Source of the DNA: Mobula hypostoma
Taxonomy: Eukaryota
Direction: 5' to 3'
NCBI RefSeq assembly: GCF_963921235.1
Contig: NC_086097.1
Location: 116,624,001 to 116,688,000, forward strand
DNA: 64,000 bases
In this document: one piece after another, positions 38,917 to 51,399 of the stretch
Position numbering within the stretch: the stretch's first letter is position 1
How the letters are laid out: each line of letters begins with the position of its first letter
The notes under the pieces: generated by a model
Told to the model about the DNA's origin: nothing
The model's database searches: none
The model's input: only the letters and a program-made list of their open reading frames with translations
Program-made: the position numbers and the translations under genes

Positions 38917-39165
38917 CTGCTCCAAGGCAAAGTATTGAACTTTACTTTGATGAAAAATACTCCATTGAACCTTCTTGGGAATGCAAATTTGACCACATTG
39001 AAGTGCGGGATGGACCTTTTCCATTTTCTACTGAAATTGGACGTTACTGTGGTCAAAATGTTCCACCTTTTGTAACATCATCGGGCAGATTTTTATGGAT
39101 TAAATTTGTTGCTGATGGTGAGCTTGAATCTATTGGATTTCTGGCAAGATACAACTTTATACCAG
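38917..39165 (+). CDS. NETO1: NETO1 coding exon 4, rest of CUB1 ([83 protein letters not shown])
   Basis: tttag| 249 nt |gtaatt, phase 1-1, stop-free; '[16 protein letters not shown]' and 'ADGELES' fit NETO1 better than NETO2 (from recall of the paralogues). Confidence 0.96.
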
Positions 39166-40427
39166 GTAATTAGATTTTTTTTCTCATCGGAATAATTGAA
39201 ATGAACTCAAATAGATATTACTGATTTTGGATTTATCACTAACATAATGTTTGTGAGCAAGTAACATTTGGCACATAGCATCACTTTTATAGTATTAAAG
39301 ATAATGGAGAAAATGTCATTTATAAATAAATGTTGCTAATAATTGGGCATTTTTCCTTTCCTTAACTGAAAAAAATATTTATATGATTTGCTGATATAAT
39401 ATCGAGATAGGGAATTAATGTTGGCATATTGATTTAGGTAGGAAATAGGAAAAGAATTATATCGGCCACTGATTAGGGTACACTTAAATAAGTGCAGACA
39501 AAAACTGCTTTGGTTGAGACTACAAGAAGATTCATATGATGGAGATTTTCTTATTTTCTTTGCGGATGATTGTGAGAAAGTATTGGAAATTTTTGAACTT
39601 CTTAAATGTTTAGTATATGCTTCTATTTTTAAGTTAAAATTTGCTTTTGAGTGAAGTATAATAATGACATAAACAATATAATCTGGCAGTAATTATTTTG
39701 TTGTTGGTGTGCCAGTGCAGTTTAATATCAATGTTTCCCAGATCAGTCTGATAATACAGAAGCATACAATAGTTTCATACAAGCAAGAGTAAGTTTCACA
39801 CAGACACTGTTGTTTCAAAGTGAATGGCTATGTATCAAGTTATATTAGGATGAGATATTAACAAGATAGTTGTTAATAGATGCTAAGTACTATTATTTTT
39901 AAGGACTATTTTATTTACTGTTGAGTTAAATACGATTTATTTAGTTCCACACACAGAGAGCGCATTTATTTTATAAATAAGTTCGATCCAGACATTAAGG
40001 ATATCAATTAATGGCCCTCGGTCAGAATGGGCACAATGATCGTGATGTATCTTTAAACCAGTTCTATTGATTGCAATGCAGGCAACGTTCCAACTTCAGA
40101 CTGCCTATTCATTCCATGGGTTTCATTGCCCAGTCCATGCTGACTATGCTACTGGGAGAGTCTGAAAGCATTTACAGGGGCAAACATTATGAATGGGTGA
40201 TTCCAGTTCAAGGTATCCCAAGCTCTATACCATTTAGAGGGCAGGTGGATTTTGACTGGAGGGGGTTGCTATGTTTAACTTTGACCAGGGATACAATACA
40301 GAATGGTGCACCGGAGAGTAGTGGGGAGTCATATAGCATTCCAGATGCACACTCAAAAAGTTGTGGGAGCAAATGTTTCTGGAAGTGAATGTTGAGGGTC
40401 TTGTCTCAAGTATGTACATGCCGTGCA

Positions 40428-40912
40428 ATAGTTCAAGATTCGAAATTGTTTATTGTTATTCTGTACACGGGTGTAAAGGAGAATAAAATGATTGTTACTT
40501 CATTACTGATGTGGCATCAACGGAGTAAGCATAAAGAACACAATAAAAAGAAACTAAATGCAACACAGCAAATTAAAATGTAAAATCAAACCAGTCAACA
40601 CAATGTACAATTAACTGTTATATACGTGATTGCATGTAGTGGTGGTGGGTGCTCATGGGATGGGCTAATGGGTGGAGGTGTTAACCAGCTTGATGGCTTA
40701 AAGAAGTAACTGCTTTTGAGTCTAGTGGTCCTCCCCCCGGATGTTATGTAGCCTCTTCCCTGATGGGAGTGGGACCAACAGTCCATAAGCAGGGTGAGTG
40801 GGATCCTTCTGGGTATTACTGGCTTCTCCCCGGCAACTTTCTGTATCTATGTCCTTGATGGCGGCTAGGCTGGTGCCAGTGATGCACTGAGCAGCTTCAA
40901 CTAGAGGGTGGT
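40428..40912 (-). mobile_element. Rex/Babar 3' fragment
   Basis: Minus ORF 'AAQCITGTSLAAIKDI...KDPTHPAYGLLVPLPSG'. Confidence 0.8.
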
Positions 40913-41769
40913 GCCCTCCTTCCCAAGTCACGTTGAGTTTATTGCCATATGCACAATTATGGTGAAGTTCAAGTACAATGAAAAATTATAAATAAAAATA
41001 AATGCAGGTATAATGAAACAGTTCACTGCATGAGTCATCGCACTTGGTAAAAGCATTCACAGAAGCTCTGACTAACATCTGCTGAATCAGACTCACTGCT
41101 CTATTCACCAGCATCAGAGTCAGAGTCAGCTTTAGATTTAATTATCACATGCACATTGAAATATGTCCTTTGCATTAATAACTGACACACCCAAGGATGG
41201 GCTGGGGGCAGCCCGCAAGAGTCCCCACATAACATAACACACCCATGACATTCAAGACAACAGCACGAGACTCACCACAAGCAAAAAGAAGAAGAAGAAG
41301 AACAGAAAAACAAGCCAACACTGAATGTCATTCCAGGCATTCACTTAGCATTCATATGCTTCACCGTCCCCCCCACTGTTGTAAACTTCACACTCAGGTC
41401 TTGCAGCTCACACACACTGTGTGTTACTCAGTCATGGCAGCCACATCATTTAACAAGTATGTATGGTGCTCACTAGGTGCAGTTCCAGAAAGTGCATGAC
41501 ACAGTGGTGCGCAGCTGGGAACAGCAGGCGGTATCTGGAGAGAGCCGATGAGTCTGCAAGATGTGTTCCCCATGGAGGAACTGTTGTTGAGTCTGTGGCT
41601 TGCTGCTGACTTGAGGATATTGAAAATGGTGATAGAATCATACACTGTTTTTACTTTCACATCCCACTCTTAACGATCAACTCAGAACTTCTTCCCAAGC
41701 AGAAATATGCTGTCCTGTCTCAAAAAGAAACGCTTCATCCTTCCACCCAAATGAGGTGCTTTCTGGAAA

Positions 41770-42060
41770 TAATCCAGAAGATGTGTATCTTGGGTGGTCG
41801 ATGGTTGGGTTGAGTTGTCCTACCATCTTGGCAATTTACTTGCAAATGTTTCATCGCCATACGAGGAGACAGCGTCAGTGCGCTCTTGACTGTGGTGTGT
41901 CCTCTGAACGCCTGGTCTTTATCTACTTTTCAATCAGCTCGCTGGATGTCAGTTCGGAGACTCAGTTGTCATGCAGGGAGGAAATCTCGGTGCTGAGGTG
42001 TTTCCTGTTTCCTGTCAGTTTGTTGCGGCCGTGCTGAGAATCTGAGGTCTGTTTTCAGAC
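41770..42060 (-). mobile_element. Pseudo-LTR remnant of a second Penelope-like family with degenerate hammerhead motif
   Basis: Reverse complement of 41841-41882: GCA-CTGACGC-TGTCTCCTCGTATGGCGAT-GAAACATT-TGC. Confidence 0.55.
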
Positions 42061-42139
42061 CTTCCAATAGACAGAAATGTTCCACCTACACAGAGTAGAC
42101 AGAGTATCTACTACAGCGCAGGTAGAAGAATTATCTGTG

Positions 42140-42372
42140 TGGGTGGTACAGTAGTGATGTGGTTACCATAACACTATTACAGCATCAGCCACACGGGTTC
42201 ATTTCTGCCGCTGTTTGTACGTTCTCCCCATCACCACGTGGGTTTCCTCTGGGTGCTCTGGTTTCCTCCCACAGTCCAAAGACGTACAAGTTAGTAGGTT
42301 AATTTGTCATATAGACTCGTTGGGCCGAAAGGGCCTGTTACCGTGTGGTGTTTCTAAATAAAAAAATAAAAT
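42140..42372 (+). mobile_element. V-SINE
   Basis: gggtttcctctgggtgctctggtttcctcccacagtccaaagac; A-rich tail. Confidence 0.82.
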
Positions 42373-42696
42373 TAAGATATTCTTTCAGAAATATAGTGCC
42401 TACAGTCTCCCGGTTGACAATCAGCAGCCTTCCACCAACCAGACTGGGGCCACTGCTGAAGCACAGTGCAGAGAGATCACTAGAAGGTGCACAAGCAGCA
42501 GGAGAGCCGAACAGATACAGAAGAATTGGGCACAAAATACCGAGTTCAATGTTGAATTTGGTTTGAGATGTTTGTTTTGTGTGCCATCAACGGTGTGTCT
42601 ATCATGTTTGGAAACAGGAACCGATAATGGTAAACGACAGTTGCTGAAGGGTTAGTTGGACAGGAAAAAGTCATCTAGGCTATCGCTAACTTAGAC

Positions 42697-43118
42697 CCTA
42701 AGACCATAAGACACTGCAGTAAAACTAACCCATTTGGCCCAACAGAATGAACCCATTCAGTCTAACAGGTCTGCCCTGGCATTTCATCACACTTGATTTA
42801 TTTTCCCTCTCAATCCCACTCTCCTGCAACCTTTGACACTGTTACTAATCAAGAACCTATCAACCTCCACTTTAAATGTACCCAATGATTGGGCCTCTGC
42901 AGCTGCCTATAGCAATGAATTCCACAGATTCACCGCCCTCTGACTAAATAAATTCCTCCTCATCTCTGTTCTAAAGAGATTTCCTTGTACTCTGAGGCTG
43001 TGCCCTCTGGTCCCTGACTCCCCCATTGTTGGAAACACCCTCTCCACCTCCACTCTATCTAGGCCCTTACATATTCATTAGGTTTCAATGAGATATCCCC
43101 CCTCATTCTTCAAAACAT
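42697..43118 (-). mobile_element. CR1 3' fragment
   Basis: Reverse complement of the 16000-16515 type 3' end; tail (agaccata)n. Confidence 0.85.
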
Positions 43119-43800
43119 TAAATTCACTTCTTCCTTTATGTCATACTCCTTAGCTGCTCACTATATAATGAGAGGAAAACGTAGTCTTCTCATCACAGAG
43201 GATGCTAGTTCAGCTCACTTCTTAACATTGGCTTTACCCTGTACTACAGGGCATGTCCAGAGCAGACCAGGCAGAAGAAAGCATTTTTTTTTTGCCAATT
43301 GATGGACAGTTCTGTAATCTTTCCAGAGACAACATAGTTGCTAATATGTACATCAGTTATGAACTCTGTTTTTCAAGAATGTCATCAGCAGAAAGCCTTT
43401 CTCATCCATTAGCAACCATTTGTCCTGCCAATGTGACTCAAATGCAGCTGGCACTGCAGACATACACAGAATGGAGGGATCGTGACTGTTGCTAGGACAC
43501 CAGGTATTGATCTGCATGGTTCACTCCCTATAATCACATCGTAGCTGGACACAGCAGGAGAGGAAACCCTGTCTGGATTCATAAGGTGCCCCCAAAAGCA
43601 ATGTGCATATAGTTAATTTGAAGAAGCCTGAGATTTTATTCAGAGAGCACCCATCGCTGTGTGTGTAGAAGTAATTAAATATGTAAACTGTCCTTCACCA
43701 CCTGCCATTCCACTCCTGGAAAACTCTTACAACTTCAGATCGTCACAGAAAGTGGCAATTAAGCCAACATCTTACAAATATCAAGCCGTAACTAGCTGTA

Positions 43801-44383
43801 CACTCAGTGGCTACATAATTAGGTATGTTTGTACAACTGCTCGATAATGCAAATATCTAATCAGCCAATCACGTGGCAGCAACTCAATACATAAAGCCAT
43901 ACAGAGGTAGTCAAGGCATCTAGTTGCTGTTCAGACCAAAATCAGAATGAGGAAGAAATGACTAAGTGACTTTGACCGTGGAATAATTGTTGGTGTCAGA
44001 TGGGGTGGTTTGAGGATCTCAGAAACCGGGGTACTCAAACCTGGGATTTTCATAGACAACTGTTTCTAGGGATTACAAAGAATGGTGCAAAAGAAACCCC
44101 TCCGCCCAAAAAAAAAAAATTCAGTGCATGGCAGTTCTGTGAGTAAAAATGCTTCATTCATGAGAGTGGTCAGAGGAGAATGGTAGACTGGTTCAACCTG
44201 ACAAGAAGGCAACAGTAACTCAGATAACCACATGTTACAACAGTGGTGTGCAGAAGAGCATCTCTAAATGCACAACATGTCAAGCCTTGAAGTGGAAGGG
44301 CCACAGCAGCAGAACACCATAAATATACACTCCGTGACCACTTTATTAGGTACGGGAGGTACCTGATAAGGTGCCACTGAGTA
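43801..44383 (+). mobile_element. Non-autonomous Tc1-like element with both termini
   Basis: TA|CACTCAGTGGC...GCCACTGAGTA|TA; HTH remnant 'LSDFDRGIIVGVR.GGL.ISET'; extra internal left-TIR copy at ~44328. Confidence 0.88.
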
Positions 44384-44564
44384 TAAGTAGCTGATGATGG
44401 CATTGAATCCCACTTTGTGGCTGTTGATTGCTGTTGATTTGCTCAGCGGTGTAACCTTATTGAGACAGTACAGGGGTATAAGTGAAAATGAGGAAATCAG
44501 GCAGTTCTTGAAAAGCAAAAAAAATACTGGAAGTCTGAACGTAAAACATTAAACGTTATGATTA

Positions 44565-45092
44565 GAGTTACAGAGTCACAAAGTTGTATAGCACAGAAAA
44601 AGGATCTTCTGTCCATGTTCATGCTAACCCAGATATTTCCCTTACCCAGCACTTGGCCCATCTTCCTCTAAACATTTGCCATCAATATTCCTGTTCAAAT
44701 ACTTCTTAAATGTTTCTAATGTGTTTGTCTCAACCACTTTCTCTGATAACTAGTCCAATATATCTGCCACCTGCTGTGTAAAAAAGTTGCCCCCCCCCCA
44801 AGGTTCTTATTAAACCTTTCACCTCCAGCCTTAAAACTATATTCTCTACTTTTCATCTCCCCAACCCTGGGAAAATCAACACTTACCCTATCTACGTTTG
44901 CATATCCCTCATAGTATTAGATACCTCTCTGAGATTACTGCTCAGCCTCCTATGGTTGAAGGAATATAAACCTATCCAGTCTAATCTCTCCCTATTACTC
45001 AGACTTATGAGTCCGGGAAAGATCCTTGTCAATCTTTTTTTTTTGCACTCTTTGCAGTTTAATCACATCCTTCCAATAGCAGGCTGATCTAA
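44565..45092 (-). mobile_element. Old CR1 3' fragment
   Basis: Minus ORF 'KDVIKLQRVQKK'; CR1-type 3' UTR. Confidence 0.75.
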
Positions 45093-45274
45093 AACTGAAG
45101 GCAAAACTCCATGTAAGCGATACTGCAAAACTACATTGCAAGCTCTGCAGCATCTGTGGAGAGATGAACAAAATGAACTTTTCAAGTTGATATCCTTTCA
45201 TCAGAATTAAGAAAGTTTGGAAGTAAGTATATGTTATGTTGCAGAGAAGGGGCAGGATGAAGAGAAGCAGGTTG

Positions 45275-45583
45275 GTATGGTAGCGTAACCATAAACTACA
45301 CTTAGAACACCAGTGACCTGAGTTCATTTTTCATGGCTGTCTGTAACGATTTTGCGCATTTTCTCCATGGCCCTGGGTGCTCCAGTCTCCTCCTGCATTC
45401 CAAAAAACAAAATCAAATAGGTTCACGTTAGGGTTGGGATCAGTAAGTTGTGGAGATGCTATGTTGGTACTGGAAGCATGGCATTACTTATGGACTATCC
45501 TCAGCACATCCTTGGACTGTGTTGGTTGCTGACACATTTCACTCTCTGCCTCTATGTACATTTGACAAATAAAGCCAATCTTT
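45275..45583 (+). mobile_element. V-SINE variant nested in a Penelope-derived inverted repeat (~45120-45830)
   Basis: gggtgctccagtctcctcc core and tail gacaaataaagccaatct; left flank reads CTGATGA-AAGG...CTT-GAAA on the - strand. Confidence 0.65.
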
Positions 45584-46814
45584 AGAATAATGGGACTTTG
45601 TGATAGGGTGGAGACAAAGAAAGATTCAGTAACTCAGGCTATGGTATTCTTTCTCTTTCCCTCCACCATTCCACATACCTTTGCTCTGCCTGCTTGCTGT
45701 CTTCTTTGCAACCTAAAACGAGGTTGAATTTTAACTTAGCCTTGATAAAGAGTTGCACATCTGAGGAGTTTCTTTTTCAGAAATGTCACCTGACTTCTTC
45801 AGTGTTTCCATGATTTTCTGTTTTATTTTATCATGGACATTTTTTTTGTGATTGTTGTTTGAAATGGGTGCAATTTAAAAACAAAATTTCATTAAAAGTT
45901 TTAAAGAAAGATAATCTGAGACAGGAAGAATAACATATTATTTTAATTAGTATTATGATCAGGCGACACACTTCAGTAATTTTGATTGTCACAGTAGTTT
46001 CTTGTGAACACTTTATACAATTTTTCTCACCTTTCCTATTTCACAATAAGTTGAGAGAGAGGTTTCAGAATGTCAGTTATCAACTGAGCCTGAATCTACA
46101 TTGTCACTGTTGACACAGCAGATTTGAGTAAAAATATTGATATTGTAATTTACAATGGCAAATGTTGACATAAAAAATGTGACCTAGGATTGTGGACAGA
46201 AATTGAGATATGTCAAGAGGAAGTGTTTGCTCTATGCAGGATTTTAATACTGCCGACATGGTGATTTTCCATTTACAAAACATTTGTGATAGAACTTGAG
46301 GATAAACTGAAAAAGTGGATTGGGATAAGATCATATGTAATTCTGCGAATGCTTCTGTGGATACAGTATAAGCATTTAGCCAGTACTGAATTTACATATG
46401 TTACATTAAAGACTGGAAATCATGTTTATGCTGACAGAATGCAAATTTGCAATACATTCATTTGACAATGTTCTGTGCTTTAACAGTGGTATTATCTTTG
46501 TATTTTATTCAACTTGATATTGACTTTGACTTTGGGACAGCATAAAGTTTACATATAAAGTGCCAAATGTGAATTTGATATTTGCTTTTTTATAGTTGAT
46601 GCTTGTTACAACCTTTATACAATGAGTACAATCCATATACCAAATAGAAACTGAACTCTGGTGCAAAAAATATCTTAGTTATGTTATAGTTAACTTAAAT
46701 AAAAGATGAACATCTTTAATTTTGCACTTAAACTCTATTCCTATGAAGAAAAATCTCACTTAATTCTTTCTGCTTTTTAATATTCTACCATTATTTAATA
46801 TTGTATTTACTGCA

Positions 46815-47133
46815 TGCTATTAGTGTTTGCGGCAGCAATGAAGGTCCTCCATCTCTGTCTGTCCATTCTGTCACATACAGATAAAGAAGGATTCTTCGTT
46901 GCTGTTTCTGTAACAATTTTGTTCTGACCAGTCAGGCTTGCTAGCCCTGAGCTGAATCCTAAAACCTGGAGAACCAGTGGACCACTCGTCATGTGACCTC
47001 TATCTTGTGACCTGTTTGGTATGGGTAACCCTAGCAAGAGCCAAATTAGAAGTCCCTGACTCCAGCCAACATAGCTTGCTGGGTCATTGAGGCACACAGG
47101 CCTCCAAACCCAATGACAAGATCCTCTTGGAGG
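46815..47133 (-). mobile_element. Bipartite non-autonomous RTE (Expander/Rex3-like) derivative
   Basis: Minus strand: RTE-type 5' UTR ('agctatgttggctgg...tagggttacccataccaaacaggtc') joined to ORF-end motif 'DRQRWRTFIAA'. Confidence 0.6.
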
Positions 47134-47237
47134 ATTTAATATTGTGCATACTTCAAATTCCAAATATCTCCATCAATTCCATATTTTCTCAATTATCCAT
47201 GCAAGCAGTAAGTGGGCAATAGAGCAGGTAATATTGG

Positions 47238-47340
47238 TGACACACATCAAGGTTGCTGGTGAATGTAGCAGGCCAGGCAGCATCTCTAGGAAGAGGCACA
47301 GTCGACGTTTCAGGCCGAGACCCTTCGTCAGGACTAACTG
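47238..47340 (-). mobile_element. Penelope pseudo-LTR-derived short repeat
   Basis: acacacatcaaggttgctggtgaatgtagcaggccaggcagcatctctagg...; same family as 5110, 29055 and 59020. Confidence 0.8.
47300..47335 (-). ncRNA. Minimal type I hammerhead ribozyme motif, core intact
   Basis: Minus strand AGUC-CUGACGA-A-GGGU(CUCG)GCCU-GAA-ACGU-C/GACU: stem I AGUC/GACU, stem II, palindromic ACGU in place of stem III, GUC cleavage triplet. Activity not shown. Confidence 0.78.
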
Positions 47341-47914
47341 TTTTGCATTATTCCACCTCTTTGGTGTTCGGAACATTGCTGGGAAGAGACAAGCAACTCA
47401 CTGTGTGAGGGATCCGAAATACTGTGAAGGCCTTTGCACTTAGCTTTCCAAAGCTTGTTATATTAGTGAATTATATGCTGCTGTCAGTGGTGGTGTAGTG
47501 TAAGATAAACTGTCTTTGAGAAAATCTTAAAAAACTTTTTTGGTGTAGTTTTTCTGATATTTAACAAAATTGCTCTCACAAAATACACTATGCTAGTTAT
47601 CAGTTTTAGGTCACAGGGACAATAATTTTCTTTTTAAGGTACAAAAGTCCATTACTTCCTTTCTCCTCTCACCACTATTGAAAACAAGCCATCCATTTTG
47701 CACATTACACAGAATAAGCAGCTGAATAGCATGATATGTAGCTTTTGGATTTTGTTGCTTCACACAAGTATAGAAAGATGTGTGTGAACATCATCAAAAT
47801 CTTTTTTAAAAAACTCCTTTATTCACAATCTTCAAACATTTGTCATCATTCCAGCACTGAGAAAAATAGCAGAAATGACCACTCATTGGACTAACCAATC
47901 CATCAGGGCTCATT

Positions 47915-48722
47915 AGGCTCATTAAGTTCCTTGGCATTGTAGTATCAGAGGATCTGTCCTGGGAGCAGCTCATTACTGCCATCATGAAGAAGGCACGATA
48001 GCACCTCTACTTTATTAGAAGTTTGCACAGGTTCTGCATGTCATCTAAGGTCTTGACGAGCTTCTATAGATGCATAATGGAGCGTTTATGCTGACTGGTT
48101 GCATCGAGTCCTGGTATGGAAACACCAATGCCCAGGAGTGGGAAAGCCTTCAGAAAGTGATGGATTCAGCCTGGCTCATCATAGGAAAAGCCTCCCCACC
48201 ATTAAGCATATTTATAAGGAGCGCTGCCACAAAAAAGCAGCATCCATCAGTAAGGACCCCATCATCCAGGCCATGCTTGCTTCTCACTGTTACCATTGGG
48301 AAGGAGGTACAGGAACCTTTGATGCCACACAATGAGGTTCAGAAACAATTATTACCCTTCATCCATCAGTCTCATGCATCAGCATGGATAACTTCATTCA
48401 CCTCAACTCCGAGCTGGTTCCACAAACTATGGGCTCATTTTCAAGCTCTTGAAAACTCATATTCTCAGTATCATTGATTGATTAATTTATCTATTTATCT
48501 ATCTATCAATCTATGTATTTATTTCTTTGTTTATTTGTACAGTTTGTCTTTTTTTGCATATTGGTTGTTTGTCAATCTTTGTGTGTTAGTTTCATTTTAC
48601 ATTGATTCTATTGTAATTTCTTTTTTTCTACTCTGAATACCAGCAAGAAAATAAATCTCTAGGTAGTATATGGTGACGTATATGCATTTTGATAATAAAT
48701 TTACTCTGAACTTTGAACTTTA
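47915..48722 (+). mobile_element. Rex/Babar 3' fragment
   Basis: 'KFLGIVVSEDLSW', 'LTGCIESWYGNTNAQE', tail (gaacttt)n. Confidence 0.85.
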
Positions 48723-49059
48723 ACCCTCCCCCTCCCCCCACCCTGACTCATAGTACATGGCTCTTCTTTCTGCTGACAGTGGCAGCCCTGCTCTGATTGA
48801 TGAATCTAATGGCACCACCAACATTCCTGAACAAAAATATTGACAGCCTTTTATATTTACACTGAACATCCCAGGGACAGCTTCATGCGTTCTCCTACTA
48901 CAGGAATTATCACCAGGTAACTGGCCAACTCCTCAAGTTGCTTAGCTATTGGGTGGGAAGTGAAATAGAATTATAATCATCTATTATAATCAACAGGACA
49001 TGCAGTTTTCAAGCTGTGCCTGGACTTGATTGCACCCTGCCTGACTTTGCAAAAACATT

Positions 49060-49205
49060 GGGCTTCACCATCAATTCTTGTGGGTTCTTTCACTGTATCC
49101 AGTATTCTTGGTGCAGGCTCATCAACACTGGTGGGACGCAATATGTTTTGGAGGACCACTTCATTGAGTACCTTCATTCTATCTACCACAGAAGTTGGGT
49201 TTTCC
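49060..49205 (+). mobile_element. Decayed Penelope GIY-YIG fragment
   Basis: 'FHCIQYSWCRLINTGGTQYVLEDHFIEYLHSI' aligns with the GIY-YIG segment at ~1730-1830. Confidence 0.55.
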
Positions 49206-50349
49206 TAGTGTCCACTATATCATTTGTGATGGATATTCACTCTCCTTGGCCTGGGGTGGGGGGGGAGCTTTTTTGTCAAGCTCAGTTTTCTAACGCAGCA
49301 GCTCTCAAAGAGATCACAGAAATCTTTTTAAATAAGTTAAATTTCCATTCAGTATTCTTTGTTCAGCTTCTTCTCATGAACGAGAGCTAGTTTTCGGTTC
49401 ATGTAAATGGCAAGCAATAATCAGTCTGAAGTTAAAAATTCAGCTTTGCAAACAAACAGCACTGTCTGTAGAGCACAGACTACTGGCCCACAGCATAGGA
49501 CTGGCTGTTCAAGAGATGCAGTGTAAACAACTGAGTTATGAAAATTGGACTATATCAAACTAGAGAACCCTGGCTAAGTTATTTAGTTCAGAAAGCTTGC
49601 AGACCAGATTGATACTGTCACTTAGCACATCAAATAGGTGATGTATCAATGGTTGGACACTTTGTGTACTCAGAGAGTCAGCATTCAGAGCATTAATTTT
49701 GGGTGTTTGGTTTATCTGTCTCCAAAAGCTGTTCGACCATCTGTGTGAAAAGCTATCTGAAAAAGTCTCACGTGTATGTACTCACACAAGTGGTGAGAAG
49801 AAAATATAAATGTAAGGGAGAGTTAGTCTTGTTAGGAATAGTCAAGGATCAACAAGAAGAGTGTCAGAAAGACAAGATGAACTAAAATCTGTTCCTCTGC
49901 TTTCACTTTCTGTGATAGATGATTCGTTCATCTGCAGCTCGTTGATATGTCCTTTTAGCTTATAGAAATTGCTCTTGTGTTTTGGAAATCCTTTACATTT
50001 TAGCAATTGTTTGCAACTTGTAAAACTCTTACAAGATTGAAAACCTCTGTGAGTTTAAGCGTGTTTTAAGAAGTATATCTAAATTTAAACACATCACTTA
50101 CTGTAAAATAAATTAACTATGTTAAGCAACACAGTGTTAAGGTGAATAAGATTAACTGGTCGGGAGGGTTCCTGTTGCCCCAATAATGGGTAGTGGTGGC
50201 TAAACCTGCCATGGGGGATAAATAGCAAATTTATCCTTTGAAGAGTAAGCAGCTACAGTTTCCTTTAGTGATGGCCCTGTAGCTATCTATATTGGATAGG
50301 GCATAAGATCTTCATATAGGCATAGAAATTCGCAGTCGGAAAACCCAAT

Positions 50350-50745
50350 ATCATCGCAAGTTCATCTTCCTATTGCCATTCTGACGTGTCTTCCAAGCCA
50401 TTCTCTACTCCCATGATGAGCTGCACTCCAGTTGGATGAACAGCACCTCATATTCCGTCTGGGTAGCCTCCAAGCTCATGGCATGAACATTGACTCCTCT
50501 AACTTACAGTGATTTCTCCTCCTTCTTCCTTTTCTCTTTATCCATTCCCAATTCTGGCTTCTCTCCTACCCCTTCTCCTCATCTCCCCATTACTCCCTCT
50601 GAAGCCCCACTTTCTACCTATACTCCTGTGGTCCACTGTTCTCTCTTATTAGATTCCTTCCACTTTAGCCCCTTTATCTCTTCAACCTATCACCTCCTAG
50701 CTTCTTACTTCATCACCCACCCCCTCCCCATCCGCCCAATCAGAT
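50350..50745 (+). mobile_element. Penelope GIY-YIG C-terminus plus pyrimidine-rich 3' region
   Basis: 'LDEQHLIFRLGSLQAHGMNID', homologous to ~1900-2190. Confidence 0.75.
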
Positions 50746-51399
50746 TGACAGATCAGGAGTTCATCTTTATCATCCAAGATTCATTCAACAAGGTATGTCT
50801 TATAAAAGTAGGATAGAGCTATCTCTTTCAGGGCTATACTTAGAATATTGCAAATAATTCTAAAGAAAGTTCAAAGTTCAAAGTACATTTACTATCAAAG
50901 TGTGCAAGCAGCATTTAACTCTGAGATTCATCTTCTCCAGACAGCAATGAAACAAAGAAAACAATGGCAGTCATTCAAAGAAGAACATCAACCCCTCCCC
51001 ACGTGCAAAAAAAATCACGCAAACAGCAACAAGGATATGAATCATCCCTCGCATGCAAAAAAAATTGCATAAATGGCATCAGGAGCATGAACTGATATCT
51101 GGAAGATATCACCCAAGATAGCATTGTTTGATGGTGCCATTATGACCAGAAAGAAAAAAAAGGGCAGCATTTGGAATATTGCAGTTAATTCCAAAACAAA
51201 CTTTTGCGGGAAACATGCCAAAGTCTTGGGATGAGGTTAGAAAGGAATGTTTCAGGGAATGTGGGCCTTCAGTCATATGAAGAAACCCCAGAGTTTTCTC
51301 TGTTCTCTAATGACCTCAGGAGGTTAGAACAAGGTTTGCTGAGAGCAGTTCAAAATAATGGTTTAGGTAGAGTAAATAACACTTTTCCATTAGAGACAA

